From contig CAZXLF010000007.1 in assembly GCA_964642015.1 (NCBI GenBank), positions 75,964 to 139,963 on the forward strand: a stretch of 64,000 nt of DNA, given 5' to 3'. The DNA comes from an uncultured Planctomycetia bacterium. GTDB lineage: Bacteria; Omnitrophota; Gorgyraeia; 2-02-FULL-51-18. This document shows positions 9,221 through 18,692 of this stretch, piece after piece (position 1 is the first letter of the stretch; each line of letters begins with the position of its first letter). The notes under the pieces were generated by a model. That model did not search any database, was not told where the DNA came from, and was given only the letters and a program-made list of their open reading frames with translations. The translations under genes and the position numbers were made by a program.

Positions 9221-10756
9221 TCAGGCCGATTGCTTGTTCACGCGACGCCGCTTTTGCGCCACCCAAAACGTAAGGGGTTTTTTAAACATCAAACGTGTCT
9301 GTGCATCCAGCGCCGGGAGTGCCCCGAAAAACGTCGCAATGAGCGGTACGAATAACCACTCGACCGCGAAAACAATGCGTCTGAACCAGGGAAACCGTAT
9401 GTGGCGCTTCGGCAATAAAAGCAGACTAAGGCAGATCGAGACTATGATCGATAAAAGCGATAGGTGAAAAATCGTCGCGGTAGTACGCTGTGTGCCGTAA
9501 TAAAGCACATCTTTCGAAAACCGTTTCGACGCAAAAAGTATGGGAAGCCAACCGAGAAAGGTCAGCAAAAACGCCCAAGTAGCCCATGCTACATGCCCTT
9601 CAAGCAGTTTAAAAGCATATTTGACGCGCCAATGCCATGGTATAGCGCTTTTTCTTAAAAATGCGCGCGCGACGATCGGAAAGTTCTCTACTCCCCACGC
9701 CCATCGTCTTTTTTGCTTATAAACGTTAACGATCGTTTGCCACCAATTCTCGCCGGTGACGATATCCATCGATACCGTGACGTACATTGGTACGACTCGG
9801 TAATCACCGTCGAAATGGATGAAGGATTTCCAAAAAATAGCCGAATCATCTGACACCATGTCAATCGGCCAATAACCAACCTCGGTTAGCGCTTGAAAAC
9901 TCATGCTGTGGCTCGAAAACGTCACGAGTTTCCGAGAATCGGTGAGCTCTACCAGCATAAAAAAAGACGAGGCAACTTCAAGCACGCGTGAAAATCCAGG
10001 TACCTCCCAGATATTATTGTTGTAAAGAGGGATTGGCTGGAAACTCGCCCGCGCGCGATAAGGGCAAGTCATGAAATGATAGGTCAGGCACGCAAAGTAG
10101 TCGCGACTGACTACAGTATCGGCATCAAAACAGGAAGCGATTGCGTTTTCAAATGGAATATTTTTTTGGGTCAGGTAATCGGCGGCTACCTTGGCCGCAT
10201 AGGTGGCATTAGCACCTTTGACACGCGCCTCGCCCTCCAAACCGTCCGGATGCACGACCACCAAAAAATCCATGAAATAACGCCTATACTTTTCCACGAG
10301 AGATTCGGCGCTTTGATGCACGGCCGGTGTTGCACGTTGCTCGACAGCCAAAACGACCAAGATTTTTTCCGTAGGCAAAGATTGCAAAGACAGCGCGCGA
10401 ATGCCCGGATCCAGAATTTCTTCTGTTTCTCTTGCTATCGGTAGAATCACCACATGTCGAATGTCTTCATACCGAAGAGGCGATCCGTCCAACAAGCGGA
10501 TTTTGTCCATCCAATTGGTTGTCCGCTCACGCGATAAGATCAGATAGGATATCAAAAGAAAAAAAGTGCTGTAGAAAATCCGTAGAAGCCAGTAAAGGTC
10601 AAATGCGATGATCCATACGATTGCCAGCACGGGCTTTACAAACGAAAGCGCAGTGATACCAATAATCGTGACCCAGCTAATCGCACCCGGCAGGATCTCA
10701 AAAAAACGCTGCTGCCATTGGGCGCCGTGCCGTGTGGCAGAATAATCAAACTGCAT
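9221..10756 (-). CDS. Membrane-embedded processive family-2 glycosyltransferase (cellulose-synthase-like)
   Basis: DAD (CFDADTVV) and QKRRWAWG (QxxRW) motifs; N- and C-terminal TM segments. Confidence 0.7.
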   Translation of the reverse strand: MQFDYSATRHGAQWQQRFFEILPGAISWVTIIGITALSFVKPVLAIVWIIAFDLYWLLRIFYSTFFLLISYLILSRERTTNWMDKIRLLDGSPLRYEDIRHVVILPIARETEEILDPGIRALSLQSLPTEKILVVLAVEQRATPAVHQSAESLVEKYRRYFMDFLVVVHPDGLEGEARVKGANATYAAKVAADYLTQKNIPFENAIASCFDADTVVSRDYFACLTYHFMTCPYRARASFQPIPLYNNNIWEVPGFSRVLEVASSFFMLVELTDSRKLVTFSSHSMSFQALTEVGYWPIDMVSDDSAIFWKSFIHFDGDYRVVPMYVTVSMDIVTGENWWQTIVNVYKQKRRWAWGVENFPIVARAFLRKSAIPWHWRVKYAFKLLEGHVAWATWAFLLTFLGWLPILFASKRFSKDVLYYGTQRTTATIFHLSLLSIIVSICLSLLLLPKRHIRFPWFRRIVFAVEWLFVPLIATFFGALPALDAQTRLMFKKPLTFWVAQKRRRVNKQSA

Positions 10757-11144
10757 CGTCTTCTCCCTTTTCTGAAATCGAACGAAGTTGTATCCGCTTG
10801 AATACTGTTGCCTGCTTGGCTCGAACAGGAATAAAACCGGACCAGGAACGTTTGCCCTCCATCGAAATCCTTACATAATAATAACCGGGTGGAAGATCCG
10901 AAATAGTAACCGGTGTTTTTTCAGGATAAAGCTCATCTTGCAGGTAAACGTTCGCACCCGGCGGAACGGTGACTAGGTGAATCACACCGGATCGGACAAT
11001 GCTGGGATTTGATCCGGTTACAAAAATATAACCGAGCGCGTTTAAAATCAAAAGCGGGCAGGCGATGATATAGACAAGAGCGAACGCGTAAAACAGAACT
11101 TGACGAAGACGCATCATGGTCTTGCTATCAGTCAAAGGATACAT
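10746..11144 (-). CDS. PEGA-domain membrane protein
   Basis: N-terminal TM, then VTVPPGANVYLQDE...TPVTISDLPPGYYYVRI matching the PEGA surface domain. Confidence 0.6.
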   Translation of the reverse strand: MYPLTDSKTMMRLRQVLFYAFALVYIIACPLLILNALGYIFVTGSNPSIVRSGVIHLVTVPPGANVYLQDELYPEKTPVTISDLPPGYYYVRISMEGKRSWSGFIPVRAKQATVFKRIQLRSISEKGEDDAV

Positions 11145-11321
11145 AACTAAATTGGTTCGTGACCTCCCTAAGTTTAGTTTTGCGTCATTAGTTATTAGAT
11201 GAGAGCCACCAATTGTTGTCGAATTTTCTCGAATTAAGGCGGAGGAAAATTCGACCTAAGAGATTGTGAAAGTCACATCGAAGCTAACCGGTTGAACAAA
11301 TGTTAATCTGTCCAATTTCTA

Positions 11322-12254
11322 TTATTTTTGTATCTCTAAAGCTGATTTTAATGCTTTCGCCAGATCGGTTGTAGGCCCCACTCCCCAATAATGAAGAAAA
11401 AGTATGCGCGGAGTCTCTCCTTCCATGTGATGGTGGATCGCAACAATGTTTATATTCGATTTCCTGAGAATTTTGAGCGTAGATTGTAATTCAGATTCCA
11501 AGACGGCGACATCGCCATCGACAATAGCGTTATCGTCAGACCCCGCAAAAGCAGCCCATGTATTTACTCCCATATCCTTGCCGGCTTCGCATTTACAAGA
11601 CATCGTTGTCTTTCTGCCTATGACTGCTTTGAACATGCCGTCCTTAGATTGCCCTTTAACACCTAAAATATCTTCTATTGTTTTTGGGGTGATTGAACTT
11701 TTTTCGGGTAGATGAGTTGATCCAGATATTTTTAATGGCTCAGGATTCTGTTTCCGTATCTCTTTTACTTTATCTAGGATCTTTCGGATAGCCTGTGCTA
11801 AGTTTTCTGGGTCACCCGCACTTGAGATGTGCATGAAATAAACCTTTGGTTCATCGTAAAAGAAATGATTGTGAAGTGCCGTGACTTCAAGGCCATTTTC
11901 AAGCGCTACGCTCATTGCGGAATTGACCTCATCCTGGAATAAAACAAAATCTCCCATCACCATCATTCCGCCTTTAGGATCTTTTTGAAACCCTGCCCAA
12001 GAGGTTAAGCCCATAAACGGAGGCATTTGCCATCCATCCACCGAGACTTTTACATCAGATCGCGGGTTGGTAACCTTAAAAACACTTTTATCGTCATTCA
12101 GCGATCCTTTGAGTCCCGTGATTTCTTCAATTCTCTGATAAACGTCCTGTTTCTCTGGAATAGAGTCTTTTGAGTTCGGTTCCGCGAATGAAAGATTCTG
12201 AATTGAAAAGATAAAGGTTGCTATTGTTATTCCAAGTAGAAAACTTTTTTTCAT
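11322..12254 (-). CDS. Secreted lipoprotein-like hypothetical protein (possibly DUF1259); start moved to the internal Met with a good SD
   Basis: MKKSFLLGITIATFIFSIQNLSFA signal peptide; GGAGG 6 nt upstream of ATG 12252-12254. Confidence 0.5.
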   Translation of the reverse strand: MKKSFLLGITIATFIFSIQNLSFAEPNSKDSIPEKQDVYQRIEEITGLKGSLNDDKSVFKVTNPRSDVKVSVDGWQMPPFMGLTSWAGFQKDPKGGMMVMGDFVLFQDEVNSAMSVALENGLEVTALHNHFFYDEPKVYFMHISSAGDPENLAQAIRKILDKVKEIRKQNPEPLKISGSTHLPEKSSITPKTIEDILGVKGQSKDGMFKAVIGRKTTMSCKCEAGKDMGVNTWAAFAGSDDNAIVDGDVAVLESELQSTLKILRKSNINIVAIHHHMEGETPRILFLHYWGVGPTTDLAKALKSALEIQK

Positions 12255-12310
12255 AGATAACCTCCAAGTTTTTTTGAGAAATAATAAGCGCTTATGAAAC
12301 TTACGATCCC

Positions 12311-12456
12311 GGCTGAATTGAACTGGAACCACATTCTGCATGAATCAGAGAATCTCTATAAACTTAAAGGGTTAGGATTACCTGCTGAAGGGCATTCTAT
12401 CATTGCTTAAAAAAGAATCCTAATCTTAACAGACTTCCCTTTGATATTAGAAACAG
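12311..12456 (+). repeat. Intergenic repeat element copy A (about 146 nt), paralogous to 18548..18692
   Basis: About 80% identity to copy B, including a conserved hairpin TTAGGATT...AATCCTAA and a conserved TTCTATCAT loop. Confidence 0.7.
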
Positions 12457-12580
12457 GATATTAAGTGTCTTTAAGAGAGATCGGATAAGTCCTACGAAGC
12501 TAAGTAGCAAGGTTACCTAATAACTTTAATCTTGCTGAATGTTTCACGATGGGATCATAAAATCGGGTTTTAGAAGGACG

Positions 12581-12973
12581 TTAGCGATCTAGCGTCTTTT
12601 TGATCAGTGATAAAAGCTGGTTACTATCTATCGGTTTTGGGAGTATGATGTTTTTCCCGATTACGTAGTTTGTTCTCCTCGCCTCTTCGGGTCTCACAAG
12701 ACACGTCATAAAGATAACTGGGATACGTGAGGTATCTTCGTTTTGTTGGAGATAGTTGGCTACGTTGTCCCCTTCCATTTTAGGCATAATGATATCCATT
12801 ACAATCATATCCGGGTGTGTTTCATGTGCAAGCCTCAGAACTTCTTCACCATCATTAGCTAGGACAACCTCAAAACCATTGGTTTCGAGACGTTTTCTTA
12901 TCATCTTTTGAACAGAAAGCTCATCTTCTGCCAAAAGGATCTTTATGGGTCTGTTTCCTTGTATTTCGGCCAT
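12581..12973 (-). CDS. Single-domain response regulator (CheY-like receiver)
   Basis: 130 aa; ILLAEDE...VMDIIMPKMEG...K pattern of REC domains. No output domain. Confidence 0.8.
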   Translation of the reverse strand: MAEIQGNRPIKILLAEDELSVQKMIRKRLETNGFEVVLANDGEEVLRLAHETHPDMIVMDIIMPKMEGDNVANYLQQNEDTSRIPVIFMTCLVRPEEARRTNYVIGKNIILPKPIDSNQLLSLIKKTLDR

Positions 12974-13356
12974 GAATGCTTCGCTCCAACATTATACTTT
13001 CCAATAAAAAGACCCATCTGAAAAGATGGGTTTTTATACGATCCTTTCAGATCGTCTTTTTAAACTACTAACATTCAACGAGCAAATATAATTTAGTTCC
13101 TATATTTCAAGGTTACACGACAATCAAAGTGGTGTCAATAAACAGGTGACTTTTTTGACACTTGACGTTACCCCAAAAACTGTACCGCTTGAAGCATAGT
13201 TTCTGAGGGTATTTAATACCGACCCCAGCTAGACGATTTTTGCAATTGGTTAATGAACGATAAAAATCAGTTTAAAGCTCTTTCGGAATCGTTGGACTCA
13301 TTTCTGTTTAGCTTAAATTGAATGAAAGAAAGGATCCTTAGAATCAGGCAATACGA

Positions 13357-14118
13357 TTAGTTTTTATGCAGGTCGTTCGAGAAAGTTGGAGTTTCTAAAA
13401 ACCTAGCTTGGTTTGGATATGTCCCAAGCCATTGCACGGAGCCTTTGTTAATATCATAAACCGCACCGACAATTTTTAGTTCACCTTCTTTAACTTTGTC
13501 TCTTATCTCGGAACTTCTTTTTAAAATATCCTCGATAGATTGCCAGACATTTTCTTCAATAGCGTATGGCAGAATATCGTCACCTTTTAGCTCTGGGTGA
13601 AATCGTTTTGCGTTTTCAACAGCAGGCATAATATTCTCAAGTAAATTCGGGATACTGCCATGCACTTCGGCATTCGTCGCAGCCGCGGCTACTGCCCCGC
13701 ATTGAGTATGTCCTAAAACAATCAACACCGGGGCATCTAAGTGGCCAACGCCATATTCCATAGATGCAATCTCGTCTGTATTTGCAACATTCCCAGCCAC
13801 ACGAATACTAAAAATGTCCCCGACACCTTGGTCAAATAGTACCTCTACAGGAACGCGAGAATCCGAACAGCTTAAAACCACACAAAAAGGTTTCTGTCCA
13901 TTTTTTGCTGTTTCTACTCGACGAGCTTCATCTGAACGAGGATGTATGGAAATTCCTGAAACATAGCGGACGTTGCCCTCTAAAAGCATTTGCAATGCCT
14001 GATCCGAGGTGACATTCTTCGACACCGTTTTATCGGCTGCGCAGGCACTGATTGCTACTGAGCACGTAAATACAATCCAAATCAAAAAAACTTTATGAGC
14101 GAATATTTTATTTTTCAT
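13357..14118 (-). CDS. Beta-class carbonic anhydrase, secreted
   Basis: Signal peptide; CSDSRVPVE and HTQCGAV zinc-ligand motifs of beta-CA. Confidence 0.85.
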   Translation of the reverse strand: MKNKIFAHKVFLIWIVFTCSVAISACAADKTVSKNVTSDQALQMLLEGNVRYVSGISIHPRSDEARRVETAKNGQKPFCVVLSCSDSRVPVEVLFDQGVGDIFSIRVAGNVANTDEIASMEYGVGHLDAPVLIVLGHTQCGAVAAAATNAEVHGSIPNLLENIMPAVENAKRFHPELKGDDILPYAIEENVWQSIEDILKRSSEIRDKVKEGELKIVGAVYDINKGSVQWLGTYPNQARFLETPTFSNDLHKN

Positions 14119-14204
14119 AATGATAGGATAATACTATAAAAATAAATTTTCGACCCTATTTGTATAAAACAAAGAACCTTCCGTGTGAAAGCGGTCTTAC
14201 CGTT

Positions 14205-15107
14205 CTAGCGATGAGCTAACTCTAAAGAGAGTCGGCGAGCTTTAAGGATGCTGAACTCCGGCGCTCGTTTTATATCCCACACAAAACCCAAGAGACTTGA
14301 AATCCAGATAAACCACTTGCTCGGGTCCCAGTGGTACCAACGGACACCATTGCGGTAATCATTAGGAAATTTGTGATGAAAACTATGATAGCCTTCTCCA
14401 CCTGTCAGGAAGGCGCCTAACCAGTTATCCCGCGCGCTTACTTCCGAAGCATACGTCGCTTTGCCAAAATAGTGCGCAAATGAATTGATGAAAAAAACGA
14501 CCTGAAAAACTACGAACAGCCGGGCCACCACTCCAAATAACAACGCTTCCAAAATGTGGCCACACATAGCCCCGATTGACACGGGCAGAAGGATCCCAAA
14601 ACTGAACGCCCACAGTTGAAAATGACGGTGTTGATTCATGATCAATTTGGACTTTTCCAGGTCTTTGACATTGGAATAATCAATGGATCGAAGATAAAAC
14701 AAGATCCAATCCATGTGCGCATAAAAAAACCCTTTTTTGATATTGTAAGGGTCTCTGTCTGTATCCGTGTATTGATGATGTGTGCGGTGCAAAGAAGCCC
14801 ATTTGAGCGCCGATTGCTGAAAAGTCGAAGCGCCGAACGCTAGCATTAAAAAACGATAAGAGACATTAGCCCGGTAAGTGGAATGAGCATAAAGCCGGTG
14901 ATAGCCGGCCGTGATGGCGGTCACACCGCATATACACATGCCAAAGAACAAGAAAACGCTTGCTGTATGAATGCCATAAAAAAACAGATAGAGGGGACAG
15001 CCGACCAACGCTATGACGGAGATGCCATATAAAAAAATAATGCTCGGCCACCGGTTATGCCGCACGCCGATGGTGCAATCTTTTTGAATAGAAGAAATGG
15101 AACTCAT
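14205..15107 (-). CDS. Acyl-CoA (delta-9-type) fatty-acid desaturase
   Basis: Three His boxes (HRLYAH, HRTHH, HSFHHKF) and 4 TM segments. Confidence 0.85.
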   Translation of the reverse strand: MSSISSIQKDCTIGVRHNRWPSIIFLYGISVIALVGCPLYLFFYGIHTASVFLFFGMCICGVTAITAGYHRLYAHSTYRANVSYRFLMLAFGASTFQQSALKWASLHRTHHQYTDTDRDPYNIKKGFFYAHMDWILFYLRSIDYSNVKDLEKSKLIMNQHRHFQLWAFSFGILLPVSIGAMCGHILEALLFGVVARLFVVFQVVFFINSFAHYFGKATYASEVSARDNWLGAFLTGGEGYHSFHHKFPNDYRNGVRWYHWDPSKWFIWISSLLGFVWDIKRAPEFSILKARRLSLELAHR

Positions 15108-15298
15108 TGGTTCTATGCCTCAAGAGCCCGGTCTAAAAACGGCCTACTTTATGAGAACGTTTTGATTCTCTGGAGCAGTTTCTGATTCGGCCGAAGAAAT
15201 AATCTCCGATTTTTTATTCAACTTTTTGATACGTTTCTCTTCCTGTCTTGATTTTTTGGTTTCTTCGATTTTTCTTTTGTTGCGGCCAAAATTATGTC

Positions 15299-15727
15299 TC
15301 ACGCGATGGTCCCTTCTCCTTCGATTCCAACGATACAGACGTTGTATTCCAGGATTTTTCCGGCGAACGGATGATTGAAATTAAGCAACAACGTATCCTT
15401 GCGAATTTCCTTGATTGTCGCAAGATACTTGCCGTCTTTGAAAGACTTTATTTCTTTCCCGACAATGTGGTCTTTTTTTGGAAAACGGGTTTTGGGGATT
15501 TCAAAGATAGATTTCGGGTTTTCTATCCCAAATCCGTTCTTAGGAGACAGGTAAAAGCGTTTCTTGTCCCCCAATTTCATGCCTTTCAGAACTTTTTCAA
15601 GTCCTGTGGGAATTTCTTTCTTACCGTGGGTATACCGGAAAGGCCGGGCCGTGGCGAAACTCTTCACAAGTTTTCCGTCGACGATTAGATCATAGGCTAT
15701 GGCGACCTTCTTGCCTTTACAGATCAT
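15299..15727 (-). CDS. FKBP-type peptidyl-prolyl cis-trans isomerase
   Basis: 142 aa; FKBP fold motifs (VAIAYDLIVDGKLV...FYLSPKNGFG). Confidence 0.7.
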   Translation of the reverse strand: MICKGKKVAIAYDLIVDGKLVKSFATARPFRYTHGKKEIPTGLEKVLKGMKLGDKKRFYLSPKNGFGIENPKSIFEIPKTRFPKKDHIVGKEIKSFKDGKYLATIKEIRKDTLLLNFNHPFAGKILEYNVCIVGIEGEGTIA

Positions 15728-15973
15728 AGGGCCCTCATTTAAAACAACAGCTTTTAGGAAACCTTAATTAATAGGGAAGTTAGGACTAGACATAGTTTAA
15801 GCTAATAACAGAGAATAAGATAGGTAAATCTGAGGAAACTTTCGACCCATTGGGGACGCTGGGCGGACTTCACAGCTACAAGTAATATCGTTACTTATAA
15901 AGCTTAAGAAAACACGAGGCCACGGATTCGCATTCTATTTAGGAGAAAATTAATCGAAATGCCCGACTTTGAT

Positions 15974-16348
15974 CTACCGCTTACTTTTGTTGAACATTTG
16001 AGCAATTGTTTCTTTATCAGTTTCATCGATTAAGTTATAAAACCTGCTTTTATGGTTGAGGAAATCTATTATTGTGATTGTCTGATCTTTCACGGTCTCA
16101 ACATACATTTTTCCTGTCCAAGTATCAAAAACGACAAAAACATTTGTAGGCACAGACTTTTTAAGTTCTTTACCAGTGTTAACATCAGCCCATGTTTCTT
16201 CTAGATTGATAGTTTCCCTACCGTGGTATTGATAACGAAAGGGGCATAATCCAGATTTCAACAAATTATTGATTGGAAATGTTTTTCCCGCCATGAAAAT
16301 TGTGAACAAAATCAGAATCATTACTTGAATAAATGTTCTCCACTTCAT
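15974..16348 (-). CDS. Hypothetical secreted protein
   Basis: ORF with an N-terminal TM/signal segment. Confidence 0.4.
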   Translation of the reverse strand: MKWRTFIQVMILILFTIFMAGKTFPINNLLKSGLCPFRYQYHGRETINLEETWADVNTGKELKKSVPTNVFVVFDTWTGKMYVETVKDQTITIIDFLNHKSRFYNLIDETDKETIAQMFNKSKR

Positions 16349-16379
16349 ACGTTCCCTCTCATTCTTGTTCGAAGAACAA

Positions 16380-16814
16380 TTAACTAAGCAACCAGCACAT
16401 TATTCTAGAGAAAAGATGTCCACTGGGATAAATAACCATTAGTAATCCAAAAAATAGATTCTTCTCATTTTGGTTGGGAATATTAAACCCATAAATAAAT
16501 GCGGCTAATAAGAGTAAAGCAAACGCTGTCAAACTATCCGCTTTGCGAGAGAAGAAATCTGTCTTAGCATTTTCGTTATCACCTGAAATTTTTTCTATAG
16601 TTTTTTTACTCCGGTACATATCTGCGCGTATCCAAAAATAAGATGCGGCGAATGGTCCGGCAATTGAAAATATCGTGATTCGATTTGGCCATGGAAACGA
16701 GATGCAGAGTAGCCATACGCCAAAAAAGAAAACAATGATACGACAAACTCTAGTGAAGTTAATGAATGCCATGTCTTGGATTACTATTTGCTCCTTCTTC
16801 TGAGGTAAAGCCAA
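16380..16814 (-). CDS. Hypothetical membrane protein
   Basis: 4 predicted TM helices. Confidence 0.4.
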   Translation of the reverse strand: MALPQKKEQIVIQDMAFINFTRVCRIIVFFFGVWLLCISFPWPNRITIFSIAGPFAASYFWIRADMYRSKKTIEKISGDNENAKTDFFSRKADSLTAFALLLLAAFIYGFNIPNQNEKNLFFGLLMVIYPSGHLFSRIMCWLLS

Positions 16815-16921
16815 TTCAGGTTGGCCCGCGCGTCAATAATGCGACCCCATTTGGATAAAACAAAGAACTTTTAGGATCTCTGCAAAATTGCCTTTTTAAC
16901 TTATTGATCTAAAAAGAATGG

Positions 16922-18397
16922 TCATTGCTTTTCAGTGATGGCCGCTGAACTAACCGCAAATGTCTTTTTTCTATTGTCTTGATTTGCTGCGGATGCGTCT
17001 GGAGTTGTATTGACAAAACCGATGGACTTACCGCTTGGCTGACTGGTCGATAAAGCTGTTGTTGAAGTTATTTCGGGTATTCTAGCCGAAGAAGCAGTAT
17101 GTGGTGTAGTATTCAAGTTCTCTGATTTGTATTTAAATTTTTTATTGGCTGTTTTGATATCCAATGCCTTGCCGTCCTTGTAAACGGCTCTGAACTTAAT
17201 GTCATAGTCTTGGTTTGGAGCGGGACTAAAAGAATAAGACCACCGAGATATTCCTTCTATATTATGCCAGCTGAACCCGCCATCCAGGCTTACTTCCAAG
17301 TGATCCACGGGAGCATTGTCATTTAGATTTCCGGAAAGCACTGCGGGTTTGCCGTTCAAATCTTCAAAAGACATGGACCGAGAGACGTCTTCAAGATCTT
17401 CTCCGTTCAGCTTCACGCTCGAGAACTCTGGAACGGAGATTTCCGCCGGGCCGTCGGCTTTTGCAAAATCCCCCGTATCGATGATCGAATGAGATTTGTC
17501 CTGGCCGAGGTAAATCAAGTCCTTATTGGTGGGGGGTTTCGTGGGGCGAATGACACTGTTCTCAACGACCGGAGAAGTATTGTCAATGGTCACGTTGGAC
17601 TGCGCGTACCCGGATTTCATCTCTGTTGATGCCGGCGGGCTTCCGTCACTGCCATCATCAATGGGAATAAATGCAGATGTTGTGGCGCGGACCATGGCCG
17701 GGCCGTCGGGCTGGAGGCGGGTATCCCACCGGAAAGTGTATGTCATTTTTGGCTTTGTAACGGTCACCTTCGGAAATAACTCGTAAGAGCCCGGAAAATC
17801 CACCCCAACCGTTAGGGCACCTGCGCAATCACCGGACTGATCTACTAAATTGACCACGATATTCCGGACGCCGTGAACTTGCTCACCTTCTTTGGGGTTG
17901 ATGGTCACATCCACGCAAGGGGCCAAGACCCTTTCACTCTCATAAAAGTGCTGATACACGATCGGGGTTTGTGTCACTTCACCAAGAGCCTTAGACGCCA
18001 GGTCATAGACAGTGGCTTTGAGAGTTACCGGACCGAAGGGACTTTTCCCCCACGCGCCTTTGGGGTCGTATTTCGCAATATCCCATGTCACGTAATAAGT
18101 CTTGCCGGAACCTTTCTGGACTTTGATCGTCTGCGGTGGCTGGTTTCCGATCGTGAGCTCTATATGGTCGGCAAAACGGTTGTTCGAAAGCTTAACGCCA
18201 ATGAAAGTGACGTCGTACACTTTTTCGTCATCGGCGGGGCTAAGGGTTATGGTGCAGTCATGGGCGTCGGAGAGGTTGTTGTTTTGAGCATTGCCCTGGC
18301 TTGCCCATGACGGATGGATTTGAATCCCGGAGAGGATCAAAAAAATGGCCGAGCAAAAGAGAAGCTTCAAACAAGAACACTTGGTCACATTTGCCAC
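16922..18397 (-). CDS. Secreted surface protein with a Ser/Thr/Pro-rich C-terminal tail
   Basis: Signal peptide, beta-rich body, low-complexity TTPHTASSARIPEITSTTALSTSQPSG tail. Confidence 0.5.
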   Translation of the reverse strand: MANVTKCSCLKLLFCSAIFLILSGIQIHPSWASQGNAQNNNLSDAHDCTITLSPADDEKVYDVTFIGVKLSNNRFADHIELTIGNQPPQTIKVQKGSGKTYYVTWDIAKYDPKGAWGKSPFGPVTLKATVYDLASKALGEVTQTPIVYQHFYESERVLAPCVDVTINPKEGEQVHGVRNIVVNLVDQSGDCAGALTVGVDFPGSYELFPKVTVTKPKMTYTFRWDTRLQPDGPAMVRATTSAFIPIDDGSDGSPPASTEMKSGYAQSNVTIDNTSPVVENSVIRPTKPPTNKDLIYLGQDKSHSIIDTGDFAKADGPAEISVPEFSSVKLNGEDLEDVSRSMSFEDLNGKPAVLSGNLNDNAPVDHLEVSLDGGFSWHNIEGISRWSYSFSPAPNQDYDIKFRAVYKDGKALDIKTANKKFKYKSENLNTTPHTASSARIPEITSTTALSTSQPSGKSIGFVNTTPDASAANQDNRKKTFAVSSAAITEKQ

Positions 18398-18547
18398 CTT
18401 TCAGCGGACACAAAAATTCCACCTCGTATTTTAAAACAAGTTCGGATTCTTGCCTAACAAAAACGCGGTCGACGCAACTGTACCGCACCTGCCCTGCAGG
18501 GACATGTTAGGTTTTCTCGGTTTTAAATCGGGGAAAATTCGACCCTA

Positions 18548-18692
18548 GTGGAATTGAATTGGAACCACATTATCCATGAATTGGAGAATCTCTATAAACT
18601 CAAGGAGTTAGGATCGTCTTCAGAAAGTCATTCTATCATGCCTAAGGCGGAATCCTACTCCTAATAGACTCCCCTTTGGTATTAGAAACAGG
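18548..18692 (+). repeat. Intergenic repeat element copy B; it overlaps the annotated 3' end of the PiT ORF
   Basis: See copy A. Confidence 0.7.
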
